A DNA stretch of 64,000 bases, taken from assembly GCA_965228475.1 (NCBI GenBank), contig OZ245817.1, positions 224,001 to 288,000 on the forward strand, in the 5' to 3' direction. The notes under the pieces are model-generated. The model was given only the letters and a program-made list of their open reading frames with translations, was not told where the DNA came from and ran no database searches. Positions 28,346 to 37,964 of this stretch are shown one piece after another; positions within the stretch are counted from its first letter, which is position 1, and every line of letters begins with the position of its first letter. The stretch comes from Myxococcota bacterium (GTDB lineage: Bacteria; Myxococcota_A; UBA9160; JAFDDA01). The position numbers and the translations under genes are program-made.

Positions 28346-30081
28346 CGGGGAAGCCGATGTCTTGCGATCTCTTCGCCGCGGTGCGCGCCGCCGCAGTCCT
28401 GCTGGGTTCGATGGGGATGGCGTTGGGAGCGCCTCCGGAGGCACGGGCCTCCGAGACCGCGCGCGGCACCGTATTCGAAGACCTCGACCGCGACGGCCTG
28501 CGCGATTCCCACGAGCCCGGCCTCCCCGGTGTCCGCGTCTCGGACGGCCGCCACGTCACCACGACCGACGAGGAAGGCCGCTGGTCGCTCGAGATCGCCG
28601 ACGAAGCCGTGCTCTTCGTGATCAAACCGGCCGGCTTCGCGCCGCCCGTCGACGGCAGGAAGATCCCGCGCTTCTTCTACCTGCACCGGCCCGCGGGTTC
28701 GCCGCCCGGCCTCCGCTACCCCGGCATCGCGCCGACGGGCCCGCTGCCCGAATCGATCGACTTCCCCCTCTTGCGCCAGGAGGAGCCCCGCCGCTTCTCC
28801 GTCCTCCTGTTCGCGGACACGCAGCCCCAGACGAGTGCCGAACTCGACTTCCTGCGCGACGACGTCGTCGCGGAGCTGATCGGAACGCCTGCTCGCTTCG
28901 GCATGACCCTCGGCGACATCGCCTACGACGACCTCTCCCTCCTGCCGCGCCTCGCGAGCGTCGTCGGCCAGATCGGCATCCCCTGGTACAACGTGCCCGG
29001 CAATCACGAACTGAACTTCCTGGCCGTCGACGATCGGCACTCGCTCGAGACCTACCAGCGGAACTTCGGCCCGCCCTACTACTCCTTCGACTACGGCGAG
29101 GCCCACTTCGTCGTGCTCGACAACATCGTCTACGAAGGGTTCGGCGAGGCCGATCCGGCGGACTACCGCCCGCGCGGGGGCTACGAGCCGCGCATCGACG
29201 AAGTGCAGCTCGCATGGCTCGAGCAGGACCTGGCCTTCGTGCCGAAGGACCGCCTCGTCGTGCTCGCGATGCACGCGCCGATGCGCACCGCATCGAGCAA
29301 GAAGGACACCCCGGCCGACAACCGTGCGAGCCGCCGCGACCTGTTCAAGCTGCTCTCGGGGCGCGAGAACCTCTACGCCATCGCCGGCCACACCCACACG
29401 ACGGAGCATCACTACTTCGGCCCGGAGGACGGCTTCGAGGGGCCCGGCGAGCTGCATCACCACGTGCTCGCGACGGCTTCGGGGAGCTGGTGGAGCGGGC
29501 CGCTCGACGGCCGCGGGATCGCGACGGCGGAGCAGCGCGACGGCACGCCGAACGGCTGGCACGTCCTCGAGATCGACGGCGCTCGCTACACCACGCGCTA
29601 CCGCGCCGCGGGCCACCCCGCGGAGTTCCAGATGCGCATCTCCATCGACAAGACGCACCACGGGTATCGCCCGGAGGCGATGCGCGACGTCCGCCCCGGC
29701 GCGCTGCTCGACGGCGGGATCTCCGAGGACGCCGTCGCGGCGGCGCGCGTCGTGGTGAACCTCTTCGACGGCGGCCCGCGCTCGAAGGTCGAGATGAGGA
29801 TCGGCGACGGGCCCTCGACCCCGCTCGCGCGAACGCCGATCTTCGACCCCTACGTACGGGAGCTCTTCGCGCGCCACGCCGGCGTCGTGAAGCCCTGGGT
29901 CGAGGCCGTCCCCTCCACGCACGTCTTCGTCGCCGACCTCCCGGATGGGCTCGAGCCGGGGACCCACACGCTCACCGTCGAGGCCATCGACGAGTTCGGT
30001 CAGCGCCACGTCGGACACCGCATCGTCGAGGTCCACGGCAGCAGCGCCGCCGACGCGGACGCCATCGACTACGTCCGCTGA
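28342..30081 (+). CDS. Secreted calcineurin-like metallophosphoesterase (MetallophosN/C type)
   Basis: GTVFEDLDRDG, ADTQ, LGDI, PGNHE, AMHAP, GHTH, DGTPNG. Confidence 0.88.
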   Translation: MTGKPMSCDLFAAVRAAAVLLGSMGMALGAPPEARASETARGTVFEDLDRDGLRDSHEPGLPGVRVSDGRHVTTTDEEGRWSLEIADEAVLFVIKPAGFAPPVDGRKIPRFFYLHRPAGSPPGLRYPGIAPTGPLPESIDFPLLRQEEPRRFSVLLFADTQPQTSAELDFLRDDVVAELIGTPARFGMTLGDIAYDDLSLLPRLASVVGQIGIPWYNVPGNHELNFLAVDDRHSLETYQRNFGPPYYSFDYGEAHFVVLDNIVYEGFGEADPADYRPRGGYEPRIDEVQLAWLEQDLAFVPKDRLVVLAMHAPMRTASSKKDTPADNRASRRDLFKLLSGRENLYAIAGHTHTTEHHYFGPEDGFEGPGELHHHVLATASGSWWSGPLDGRGIATAEQRDGTPNGWHVLEIDGARYTTRYRAAGHPAEFQMRISIDKTHHGYRPEAMRDVRPGALLDGGISEDAVAAARVVVNLFDGGPRSKVEMRIGDGPSTPLARTPIFDPYVRELFARHAGVVKPWVEAVPSTHVFVADLPDGLEPGTHTLTVEAIDEFGQRHVGHRIVEVHGSSAADADAIDYVR

Positions 30082-30186
30082 TCGCGGTGAAAAGCCTCCG
30101 CTCGGAGCGTCCGGCGGCCCTCATCATCACATCAATGAAACGCAAAAGACGCTCTGTGAAGACGTAAAAGACATAGATTCGTGACA

Positions 30187-30357
30187 ATGAGTACGAAATC
30201 GCACGAATCGAACACGTTGCTCGACACGATGGCCCTGGCGGGCATCGCGGTCGGGTTCGCCATGCTCGTTCCGGCCGCCTGGTCTCCGGACCTGCGCGCC
30301 CTGGCCTTCCCGGGCTACGCGATCCTGCTCCCGAGCCTGATCTACGGCCTTCGCTGA
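30187..30357 (+). CDS. 56-aa predicted membrane microprotein (absent from ORF track)
   Basis: MSTKSHESNTLLDTMALAGIAVGFAMLVPAAWSPDLRALAFPGYAILLPSLIYGLR; mostly G/C third positions; AT-rich upstream; could also start at the internal Met. Confidence 0.6.
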   Translation: MSTKSHESNTLLDTMALAGIAVGFAMLVPAAWSPDLRALAFPGYAILLPSLIYGLR

Positions 30358-30381
30358 GGGCTGCCCGGATCCCGGGCCTTC

Positions 30382-30984
30382 CTAGAACGTGTAGGCGAAG
30401 CGGAGCTGCGGGTGCTTGCGTCCGCGCTCGTCCGAAGCCACCACCACGCCCCAGTGTTCGAGGCCCTTGTGGATCGGGTCGATCCACCAGTCCGCCTCCG
30501 CGCTGCTGCGCTGCTTCAAGCGGTAGCGGAGCTCGCCGAGCATCCAGCCGATGCCCGTCGTGAAGATCAGGTCCTGGGTGCTCGGATGCTCGGTCCAGGA
30601 CTCGAACAGGTACTCCCAGGTCACCGAGGCGCCGAGGCTGAAGCCGAAGCTCCCGACCATTCCGAAGTTCGCCTCGCGCGCACGCAGGTACGTCTCCGAA
30701 CCCCAGAGCGGGTGGAGCACGAAGTTGTAGAGCGCCGAGTCGTCGTCGCGCCGCGGGCCGTCGGAGAAGGCGCTCTTGAAGTTGCCGAGGCCCGGCCAGT
30801 CGTCCGCCTCGCCGGAGAGGACGAGCGCCGCGAACTGCAGGCTGAGGCCGCCTGCGGTGTAGAGGACGGGCTTCCGCCAATCGACCGGGCGTTCCGGGTC
30901 GCCGAAGAGCTCCCCCGCTCCGGCGGAGGCCGGCGTCGCGAGGGCGAGGAGGAGGGCGAGTGCGAGAGGCTTCATCTTCTTCAT
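30382..30984 (-). CDS. DUF3943-like exported/outer-membrane protein
   Basis: Signal peptide; DDD..YN.VLHP..GS.TY..AR; WEY..E...PS.QDLI.T. Confidence 0.75.
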   Translation of the reverse strand: MKKMKPLALALLLALATPASAGAGELFGDPERPVDWRKPVLYTAGGLSLQFAALVLSGEADDWPGLGNFKSAFSDGPRRDDDSALYNFVLHPLWGSETYLRAREANFGMVGSFGFSLGASVTWEYLFESWTEHPSTQDLIFTTGIGWMLGELRYRLKQRSSAEADWWIDPIHKGLEHWGVVVASDERGRKHPQLRFAYTF

Positions 30985-31159
30985 GAGCGGTTGGACGGTG
31001 CCAGGGGGCAGGAAATTCGCAGCCGATTCGTCGGACCGGCGCGGGCCCGGCGTCGGACGGACGCAGCGTCGGCGGAGAAACCGGATGATGACAGGGCAAC
31101 AACGAGGTCGATCAGTCGACTAGTCTGCCCGATCTTCGCCCCGCGCCCCGGAGGACGCA

Positions 31160-32209
31160 ATGCGCGACTACACCCGGCACGACGAGGCTCTCACCTGGCT
31201 CGCCCCCTACGGCCCGGATCTGGCCTGGGGTTTCACCAACCACCACCCGATGGTCGTCGAGGCGCTCGCCTCCCTCGGCCGCGGCGAAGCCGCCCTCCCC
31301 TGGCTCGAAGCCCATGCCGAGGGCCTCGTCGAACGGCCTGCGCCGCACGAGCCGATCGGGGACGATTGGCAGGAAGCGCTCGGCGTGCCGGCGCGCTTCG
31401 CCGACTGGGAGGCCCACTTCGCGCGAGCGCTCGAGGAGGTGCCCTGGCAGGAGGTCGTCGCGCGCTGGGCGCCGGCGCTCCTGCCTGGCCTGGCAGGCGC
31501 CGCCACCCACGGTGTGATCCGTGCCGCCCACGCGGCCCGCGCCCTGAGCGAGGCCGACACGGCCCTGCGTCGGGCGGAGCTCGCCGCCGGACTCGGCTAC
31601 TGGGCGGCTACGTGGCAGACGCTTCCGTCGGCCGTTTTCGAGGGCTCGGCCCGGCCCGTGGCCCGGAGCGCCCGGGAGGCCCTCGCCGAGGTTCCGATGA
31701 TCCGGGAGCTCCGGCCCGAGGCGGCCTCCATCGTCGCGGCGCTCGCCGCGCTCGACGAGCATCCTGCCTTCGCTCCGGTAATCGCCCTCTTCGACGTCGA
31801 GCGGGACCCGGCGCAGGCCGTCTCGGATCTGACCGCGACCTTCGCCCGGGTCCTGCTCGCGAGCAGCGAGGATCGGATCGACGCCATCGTCTTCACCCAC
31901 GGCGTGACCAGCGCCGAGACGCTCCGCACGCTCCTTCCCCTGCTCGGCGAAGCGGGGCAGCGGCTCGCCCTGGCCCACGCGTGGCAGGCCGGCGCTGCGC
32001 TGCACGCGGCCTACGGCCGGGCCCTGCCGGGCGACGCCCCGCCGGCAGCCGCTCCCGACCCGCGGGAGCTCGTCGAGCAGGCGATCGCCTGCGGAGACGA
32101 CCACGCGATCAAGCTCACCGCGGCCTGCCTCGGGGAGTACGGGAGGGAGGGCGATCCGGTCTACCTCGCGGCCGCCCGGCGAGGGATCGAGCGGCTCGGG
32201 GGCGCCTGA
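31160..32209 (+). CDS. Questin oxidase family (DUF4243) protein
   Basis: NHHPM, AATHGVIR, HGVT, DDHAIK. Confidence 0.8.
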   Translation: MRDYTRHDEALTWLAPYGPDLAWGFTNHHPMVVEALASLGRGEAALPWLEAHAEGLVERPAPHEPIGDDWQEALGVPARFADWEAHFARALEEVPWQEVVARWAPALLPGLAGAATHGVIRAAHAARALSEADTALRRAELAAGLGYWAATWQTLPSAVFEGSARPVARSAREALAEVPMIRELRPEAASIVAALAALDEHPAFAPVIALFDVERDPAQAVSDLTATFARVLLASSEDRIDAIVFTHGVTSAETLRTLLPLLGEAGQRLALAHAWQAGAALHAAYGRALPGDAPPAAAPDPRELVEQAIACGDDHAIKLTAACLGEYGREGDPVYLAAARRGIERLGGA

Positions 32210-32260
32210 GCCATGGGGCCCGGGAGCGCCTGGGCGGCCGAAATCGGGCTTGATCAAAAG

Positions 32261-32275
32261 TGAGACTCAGTGTCA
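32261..32275 (+). promoter_or_regulatory. Candidate TetR operator TGAGACT-C-AGTGTCA between a -35-like TTGATC and a -10-like CATGAT
   Basis: Near-perfect palindrome (1 mismatch) about 10 bp upstream of the TetR ATG. Confidence 0.65.
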
Positions 32276-32285
32276 TGATTTGACC

Positions 32286-32954
32286 ATGCCCCCGTCCTCC
32301 CCCAGTCCGCGCGGGACGAACCGCGCCCCGGCCGCGCCGGGCCGCCGCGAGCGGAACAAGCGGCGTACCCGGCTGCGGCTCGCCGAGGCGGCCCTGCGTC
32401 TGGTCGAGGCGCGCGGCTTCCGGGAGGTGACGGCCGACGAGATCGCCGAGGCGGCCGGCGTCTCGCGCAGCACCTTCTTCCGCTACTTCGCCAGCAAGGA
32501 GGCGGCGCTCTTCGTCTGGCGGGAGGACGTGCTCGCGCTCTTCGAAGCGGAGCTCGCCCGCCGCGAGCCCGGTGAAGCACCGCTCGCCGCGGTGCGCCGG
32601 GCCTGCTTCGCCATGGCGCAGCGCTACGTCGCGGACCGTGCCTTCGTGCTTCGCCACGAGGCGCTCGTGAAGGTCTCGCCGGAGCTCGTGGCCTGCGAAC
32701 TCGAGGTGGACCGCAGGGTCGAAGAAGCGATCGCCGCTGCACTCGTCGCCCGGAGCCCGAAGAGCGCGCGGGCCCGGCGCCACGCCCACTTTCTCGCCGG
32801 TGCGACCTTCGGCGTCCTTCGCGCCGCGATCCGCGAGTGGTTCGCCGCCGAAGCGCGGCCCGATCTCATCGCACTCGGCAATCAGGCCTTCGATCTGCTG
32901 GAGAACGAAACCGCCCTCGACGCGCCGTCGGGGAAGACAGGAGTGAAGAGATGA
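32286..32954 (+). CDS. TetR-family regulator
   Basis: RERNKRRTR, EIAEAAGVSRSTFFRYFASKE. Confidence 0.92.
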   Translation: MPPSSPSPRGTNRAPAAPGRRERNKRRTRLRLAEAALRLVEARGFREVTADEIAEAAGVSRSTFFRYFASKEAALFVWREDVLALFEAELARREPGEAPLAAVRRACFAMAQRYVADRAFVLRHEALVKVSPELVACELEVDRRVEEAIAAALVARSPKSARARRHAHFLAGATFGVLRAAIREWFAAEARPDLIALGNQAFDLLENETALDAPSGKTGVKR

Positions 32955-34402
32955 AGATTCCGAAGACCGGCCTTTCGCGAGACGAGATCTTCGAGCGCCT
33001 CGAGCGCTACCGCGAGCACGACACGCCCTGGCGGGAGGGTCGCACCTGGGCCTACGTCTACGACCCGGGCGCCGAGGCGGAGTCCGTGATCAAGGACGCC
33101 TTCTCGAGCTACCTCTCCGAGAACGGCCTCGATCCGACGGCGTTCCCGAGCGCGCTCCAGATCGAGAACGAAGTCATCGCCATGGCGGTCGGCCACCTGA
33201 ACGGCGACGAGAACGTCGTCGGGAGCTTCACGAGCGGTGGCACCGAGAGCCTGATCCTCGCGGTGAAGGCCGCGCGCGACCACGCGCGCGAGAAGCGTCC
33301 CGAGGTGACAACGCCGGAGATGATCCTTCCGGAGACCGCGCACGCCTCGTTCCAGAAGGCGGCCCATTACCTGGGTGTGAAGCCGGTGATCGTGCCCGTC
33401 GACCCGGAGACCTTCCGCGCCGACGTCTCCGCCATCCGCGAAGCCATCACGGACCAGACGGTGCTGCTCGTCGGCTCGGCCATCTCCTATGCCCACGGCG
33501 TGGTCGACCCGATCCCCGAGCTCGGCCAGCTCGCACTCGAGAAGAACCTGCTCCTCCACGTCGACGGCTGCATGGGCGGCTTCATGCTGCAGTACTTCGA
33601 ACGGCTCGGCGGGACGCACCCCCTCTTCGACTTCCGGGTGCCCGGCGTGACGTCGATCTCGATGGACCTGCACAAGTACGCCTTCGCGGCGAAGGGGGCC
33701 TCGGTGATCCTCTACCGCTCGAAGGACCTCCGGAAGTACCAGATGTACGCCTGCTCGAACTGGACGGGCTACACCGTGATCAACCCGACGGTGCAGAGCA
33801 CGAAGTCCGCGGGTCCGGTCGCCGCCTCCTGGGCCGCGCTCAAGTTCATCGGCGACGACGGCTATCTCGAGTTCGCCCGCCAGGTGAAGGACGCGACGGA
33901 GCGCATCGCGAAGGCCGTCGACGAGATTCCGGAGCTGCGCATGCTCGGGGAACCCGAGATGAACCTCGTGGCCTTCACTTCGGAGACGGTGAGCGTCTTC
34001 CACATCGCGGACGAGATGAAGGAGCGCAACTGGTTCGTCCAGCCGCAGCTCGCCTATGGCTGCTCGCCGGAGAACATCCATCTCTCGATCAACCCGGGGA
34101 GCGTCCACTGGGTGGATTCGATGCTCTCGGACCTTCGCGAGAGCATCGAGAAGGCGAAGCTCCTGCCCTCGGGTGAGCTGGCGCCGAAGATCCAGGCGGC
34201 CTTCGGGGATCTCGCGCCCGAGGAGCTCGACGATTCGGTCTTCGAGAACCTGCTCGGGATGGCCGGCGTCTCCGGGACGAGCCTGCCCGGGCGCATGGCC
34301 GAGATCAACGAGGTGCTGAACGCGCTGCCCGTCCCGCTGCGGGAGCGGCTGCTCGTCGAATACCTGAACGTGCTCTACCAGCCGGAGGGCTCGGGTTCGT
34401 GA
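32951..34402 (+). CDS. Group II PLP-dependent decarboxylase/sphingosine-1-phosphate lyase-like enzyme
   Basis: TSGGTES, AHASFQKAA, HVDGCMGGF, SMDLHKY, KGASV. Confidence 0.85.
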   Translation: MKIPKTGLSRDEIFERLERYREHDTPWREGRTWAYVYDPGAEAESVIKDAFSSYLSENGLDPTAFPSALQIENEVIAMAVGHLNGDENVVGSFTSGGTESLILAVKAARDHAREKRPEVTTPEMILPETAHASFQKAAHYLGVKPVIVPVDPETFRADVSAIREAITDQTVLLVGSAISYAHGVVDPIPELGQLALEKNLLLHVDGCMGGFMLQYFERLGGTHPLFDFRVPGVTSISMDLHKYAFAAKGASVILYRSKDLRKYQMYACSNWTGYTVINPTVQSTKSAGPVAASWAALKFIGDDGYLEFARQVKDATERIAKAVDEIPELRMLGEPEMNLVAFTSETVSVFHIADEMKERNWFVQPQLAYGCSPENIHLSINPGSVHWVDSMLSDLRESIEKAKLLPSGELAPKIQAAFGDLAPEELDDSVFENLLGMAGVSGTSLPGRMAEINEVLNALPVPLRERLLVEYLNVLYQPEGSGS

Positions 34403-35778
34403 GCGACGACGGGCCCAAGAGCGACGGCGGGCTCGAGGCGCTCGACAAGGCCCACGTCTTCCATCCCTACACGTCGATCGCGCAGCAGCAGGAGCGCGGT
34501 TCCCGGCTCTGGGCAGAGGGCAAAGGCGTCTTCGTGCGCGACGCCGACGGGCGCGAGTACCTCGACGCGATGGCCGGACTCTGGTGCGTGGCGGCGGGCT
34601 ACGGGCGCGAGGAGATCGCCGACGCCATGGCCGAGCAGGCGCGCCGCCTCGCCTACAGCCACGGCTTCCTCGCGAACGCCACGGAGCCGGCGGTGCGGCT
34701 CGCTTCGCGCATCGCCGCGCTGGCGCCGCCGGGGCTCGAGCACGTGTTCTTCTGCAACTCGGGCTCCGAGGCGAACGACACGATCGTGAAGCTCGTCTGG
34801 TACTACTGGAACCTGCGCGGGCGCACCGAGAAGAAGAAGATCATCTCGCGCCATGGCGCCTACCACGGCGTCACCCTCGCGGCGACCAGCCTCTCGGGCC
34901 TCCCCTACATGCATCCGCTGTTCGACGCGCCGATGCCCCGTTTCCTGCACGCGCGAAAGCCGCACCTCTATCGCGAGGGCGTGCCCGGCGAGAGCGAAGC
35001 CGCCTTCGCGGAACGGCTCGTCGACGAACTCGACGCGATGATTCGCGCCGAGGGGCCCGAGACCGTCGGCGCCTTCATCGGCGAACCGCTGATGGGTGCG
35101 GGGGGAGTGATTCCGCCGCCCGAGGGCTACTGGGAGGGCGTGCAGGAGGTGCTTCGCCGGCACGAGGTCCTGCTCGTCGCGGACGAGGTGATCTGCGGCT
35201 TCGGCCGTCTGGGCGTGCCCTTCGGCTCGCAGCGGTACGGGATCGCACCAGACATGATGACCATCGCCAAGGCGGTGACGAGCGCCTACTTCCCCGTGTC
35301 CGGCGCCGTGGTCAGCGATCGGGTCTGGGAGACCTTCGCCAAGGGCTCCGAGGAGCACGGGCCCGTCGCCCACGGGCATACGACGAGCCTCCATCCGGTG
35401 GGCGCGGCGGCCGCCCTCGCGAACCTCGATCTGCTCGAGGGCGAGGGCCTGCTGTCGCGGGCGAAGGACGTCGGCCCGGCCTTCCAGGCAAGGCTGCGCG
35501 AAGCCGTCGCCGGGCATCCCCACGTCGGCGAGGTCCGGGGGGAAGGGTTGATCGCGGCAGTCGAGTTCGTGGCCGACCGGGAGGCTCGCCGGCCCTTCGC
35601 CCCCGAACGCAAGACGGGCCTCCGTTTCCACGAGGCCCTGCTCGAAGAGGGATTGATCTGCCGCGCGCTCGGCGACAGCCTCGCCTTCTGTCCGCCCCTG
35701 GTGGCGAGCGAAGCCGAGCTCGGCGAGGCCGTCTCGCGCTTCGCGCAGGGCCTCGAGCGGTTCGACTTCGACGCTTGA
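34399..35778 (+). CDS. Class III (omega-amine) aminotransferase
   Basis: DAMAGLWC, SGSEAND, AYHG, DEVICGFGR, AKAVTS. Confidence 0.92.
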   Translation: MSDDGPKSDGGLEALDKAHVFHPYTSIAQQQERGSRLWAEGKGVFVRDADGREYLDAMAGLWCVAAGYGREEIADAMAEQARRLAYSHGFLANATEPAVRLASRIAALAPPGLEHVFFCNSGSEANDTIVKLVWYYWNLRGRTEKKKIISRHGAYHGVTLAATSLSGLPYMHPLFDAPMPRFLHARKPHLYREGVPGESEAAFAERLVDELDAMIRAEGPETVGAFIGEPLMGAGGVIPPPEGYWEGVQEVLRRHEVLLVADEVICGFGRLGVPFGSQRYGIAPDMMTIAKAVTSAYFPVSGAVVSDRVWETFAKGSEEHGPVAHGHTTSLHPVGAAAALANLDLLEGEGLLSRAKDVGPAFQARLREAVAGHPHVGEVRGEGLIAAVEFVADREARRPFAPERKTGLRFHEALLEEGLICRALGDSLAFCPPLVASEAELGEAVSRFAQGLERFDFDA

Positions 35779-35905
35779 GCAAGGGCGACGCCTGAGCGAT
35801 GGCGTAGACCCCGCGATCCTGCGCACACCCTTCCGGTGAAGGAGCGCACGCGGCTCCCCTTGCCGGGTTCCGATGAGGATTCGTCCATCGTCGTCGGAGC
35901 CCCCC

Positions 35906-37381
35906 ATGAAACGCTTTCCCTCGGTTCACGCGGTACTCGCCTTGCCGCTGCTTTGCGTGTCGGTTCCGGCGAGCGCCTCGCTCACGCAGATCGCTTCGGA
36001 GCTCTTCGCGAGCGGGCTCAACAACCCGATGTTCGCGACCGCGCCCGCCGGCGACCCGCGCCTGTTCGTGGTCGAGCGGGGCGGCTCCATCCAGGTGCTG
36101 CACGACGGCGTCCCGAACGCGACGCCGTTCCTGAGCCTCGTGGGCCAGGTCGGGCAATCCGGGGAGCAGGGCATGTTCGGCCTGGCCTTCGACCCGGACT
36201 ACGAGACCAACGGCTTCTTCTTCGTGCTCTACAACGATCTCGCCGGCGACTCGGTCCTGGCTCGCTACTCGGTCAGCGCGGACCCGGACGTCGCCGATCC
36301 GAACGGCACCGTCCTCTTGACCATCTCCCAGCCCTTCAACAACCACAACGGGGGCACCGTCGCCTTCGGCGCGGACGGCTTCCTGTACTTTTCGGTCGGC
36401 GACGGCGGCTCGAGCAACGACCCGGGCGAGGTGGCGCAGGACCCGCAGTCGCTTCTCGGCAAGATGCTGCGCATCGACGTCGCGGTGCCGCCGGCGCCGG
36501 GCTCCCTCGAGCTGCTCGGACAGAACTACGCGATCCCGGGCGACAACCCCTTCGTGGGTGACGAGAACACGCGCCCCGAGATCTGGGCCTTCGGCTTGCG
36601 CAACCCGTACCGGTTCAGCTTCGACCGCCTGACGGGAGATCTGTGGATCGCCGACGTCGGTCAGAACGCGAGCGAGGAGATCGACTTCGAACCGGCCGGC
36701 GATCCGGGCGGCCGCAACTACGGGTGGGACGTCGTCGAAGGCACGCTCTGCAACCTCGTGGATCCGGCGCCGCCGCCGGCGCCCCAGTGTGGCGACCCGG
36801 CGCTCACGGATCCGGTCTTCGAGTACTTCCACACCCGCGGCAACTGTTCGATCACCGGCGGCTTCGTCCACCGCGGCACCGTCCCGGCGATCGGCGGTCA
36901 GTATCTCTACGGCGACTTCTGCACCGGGCGCATCTGGAGCCTCGACCCGCAGACCATGTTCGAGACGGACCGCACAGCCGAGCTCGGTGCAGCAGGCGGC
37001 GTGGGTTTCTCGCTGGTCGGCTTCGGTGAGGACGGCTTCGGCGAGAGCTACGTGGTGCTCCGCAACGGCAGCGTGCACCGGATCGTGGCGGCTCCGCCCG
37101 AGTGCAGCGACGGGATCGACAACGACGGCGACGGCCAGATCGACGTCGCCGATGCGGGCTGCCTCCACGCCGGCTGGCCCGAAGAGGACCCCGCCTGCGA
37201 CAACGGCTTCGACGACGACGGGGACGGCTCCGCCGATCTCGAGGACGGCGGCTGCTTCAACCGGCCGTGGATGATCTCCGAGCGCGGCATGGCGGCCTGC
37301 GGGCTCCTCGGCGGCGAAGGCATGGCGCTGGTGTGCCTCGCGCTGGCGTTGCGCCACCGGCGCTGGCGCCTGCGCCCCTAG
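35906..37381 (+). CDS. Secreted PQQ-dependent sugar dehydrogenase (GSDH fold) with C-terminal CGLLGGE tail
   Basis: NHNGG, GDGG, LGKMLRID, GLRNPYRFSFD, DVGQN..EE, NYGW; Cys/Asp repeats and TM-basic tail. Confidence 0.88.
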   Translation: MKRFPSVHAVLALPLLCVSVPASASLTQIASELFASGLNNPMFATAPAGDPRLFVVERGGSIQVLHDGVPNATPFLSLVGQVGQSGEQGMFGLAFDPDYETNGFFFVLYNDLAGDSVLARYSVSADPDVADPNGTVLLTISQPFNNHNGGTVAFGADGFLYFSVGDGGSSNDPGEVAQDPQSLLGKMLRIDVAVPPAPGSLELLGQNYAIPGDNPFVGDENTRPEIWAFGLRNPYRFSFDRLTGDLWIADVGQNASEEIDFEPAGDPGGRNYGWDVVEGTLCNLVDPAPPPAPQCGDPALTDPVFEYFHTRGNCSITGGFVHRGTVPAIGGQYLYGDFCTGRIWSLDPQTMFETDRTAELGAAGGVGFSLVGFGEDGFGESYVVLRNGSVHRIVAAPPECSDGIDNDGDGQIDVADAGCLHAGWPEEDPACDNGFDDDGDGSADLEDGGCFNRPWMISERGMAACGLLGGEGMALVCLALALRHRRWRLRP

Positions 37382-37403
37382 CCCCCGCGGCCGACTTGGG
37401 GAG

Positions 37404-37952
37404 CTAGTCGAGCCCGAGCTCCCGCCGCTTCTCGAGGACGAAGGCCTCGTACTCCGGGCCGTCCCAGGCACGGTGCTCTCCCGCGCGGTAGGCCGCGGCG
37501 TTGCGCTGGTAGAGCCATGCGTTCAGCCGATTCTCCGCCGCGCTGTCGCGCTCCTTGATCACCTTGCCCGGAACGCCGGCGACGATCGAGTGCGGCGGGA
37601 TGACGGTCTTCTCCGTCACCACGGCGCCGGGCGCCACGATGGATCCGCGGCCCACCATCGCGCCGTCCATCACGACCGCGTTGATGCCGATCATGCAATC
37701 GTCTTCGATGGTGGCACCGTGCACCGTCGCGTGGTGCGTGATCGAGCAGAAGTCGCCGATGATCGTCGGCGCGCCGTAGCCGACGTGGATCATCACGAAG
37801 TCCTGGAGGTTCGTGTTCCGGCCGATGCGGACCTCGAGGGTCTCCGCCCGGATCACGCATTTCGGCCAGAGCGAAGAGCCGGCGCCGATCTCGATGCGTC
37901 CGTAGAGCTCGGCGCTCTCGGCGATGAAGACACTCGGGTCGATGTTCTGCAC
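37404..37952 (-). CDS. Gamma carbonic anhydrase family protein
   Basis: Hexapeptide repeats, TNLQD.VMIH, H.ATVHG, GVPGKV. Confidence 0.9.
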   Translation of the reverse strand: MQNIDPSVFIAESAELYGRIEIGAGSSLWPKCVIRAETLEVRIGRNTNLQDFVMIHVGYGAPTIIGDFCSITHHATVHGATIEDDCMIGINAVVMDGAMVGRGSIVAPGAVVTEKTVIPPHSIVAGVPGKVIKERDSAAENRLNAWLYQRNAAAYRAGEHRAWDGPEYEAFVLEKRRELGLD

Positions 37953-37964
37953 GGAGGCCTCGGG

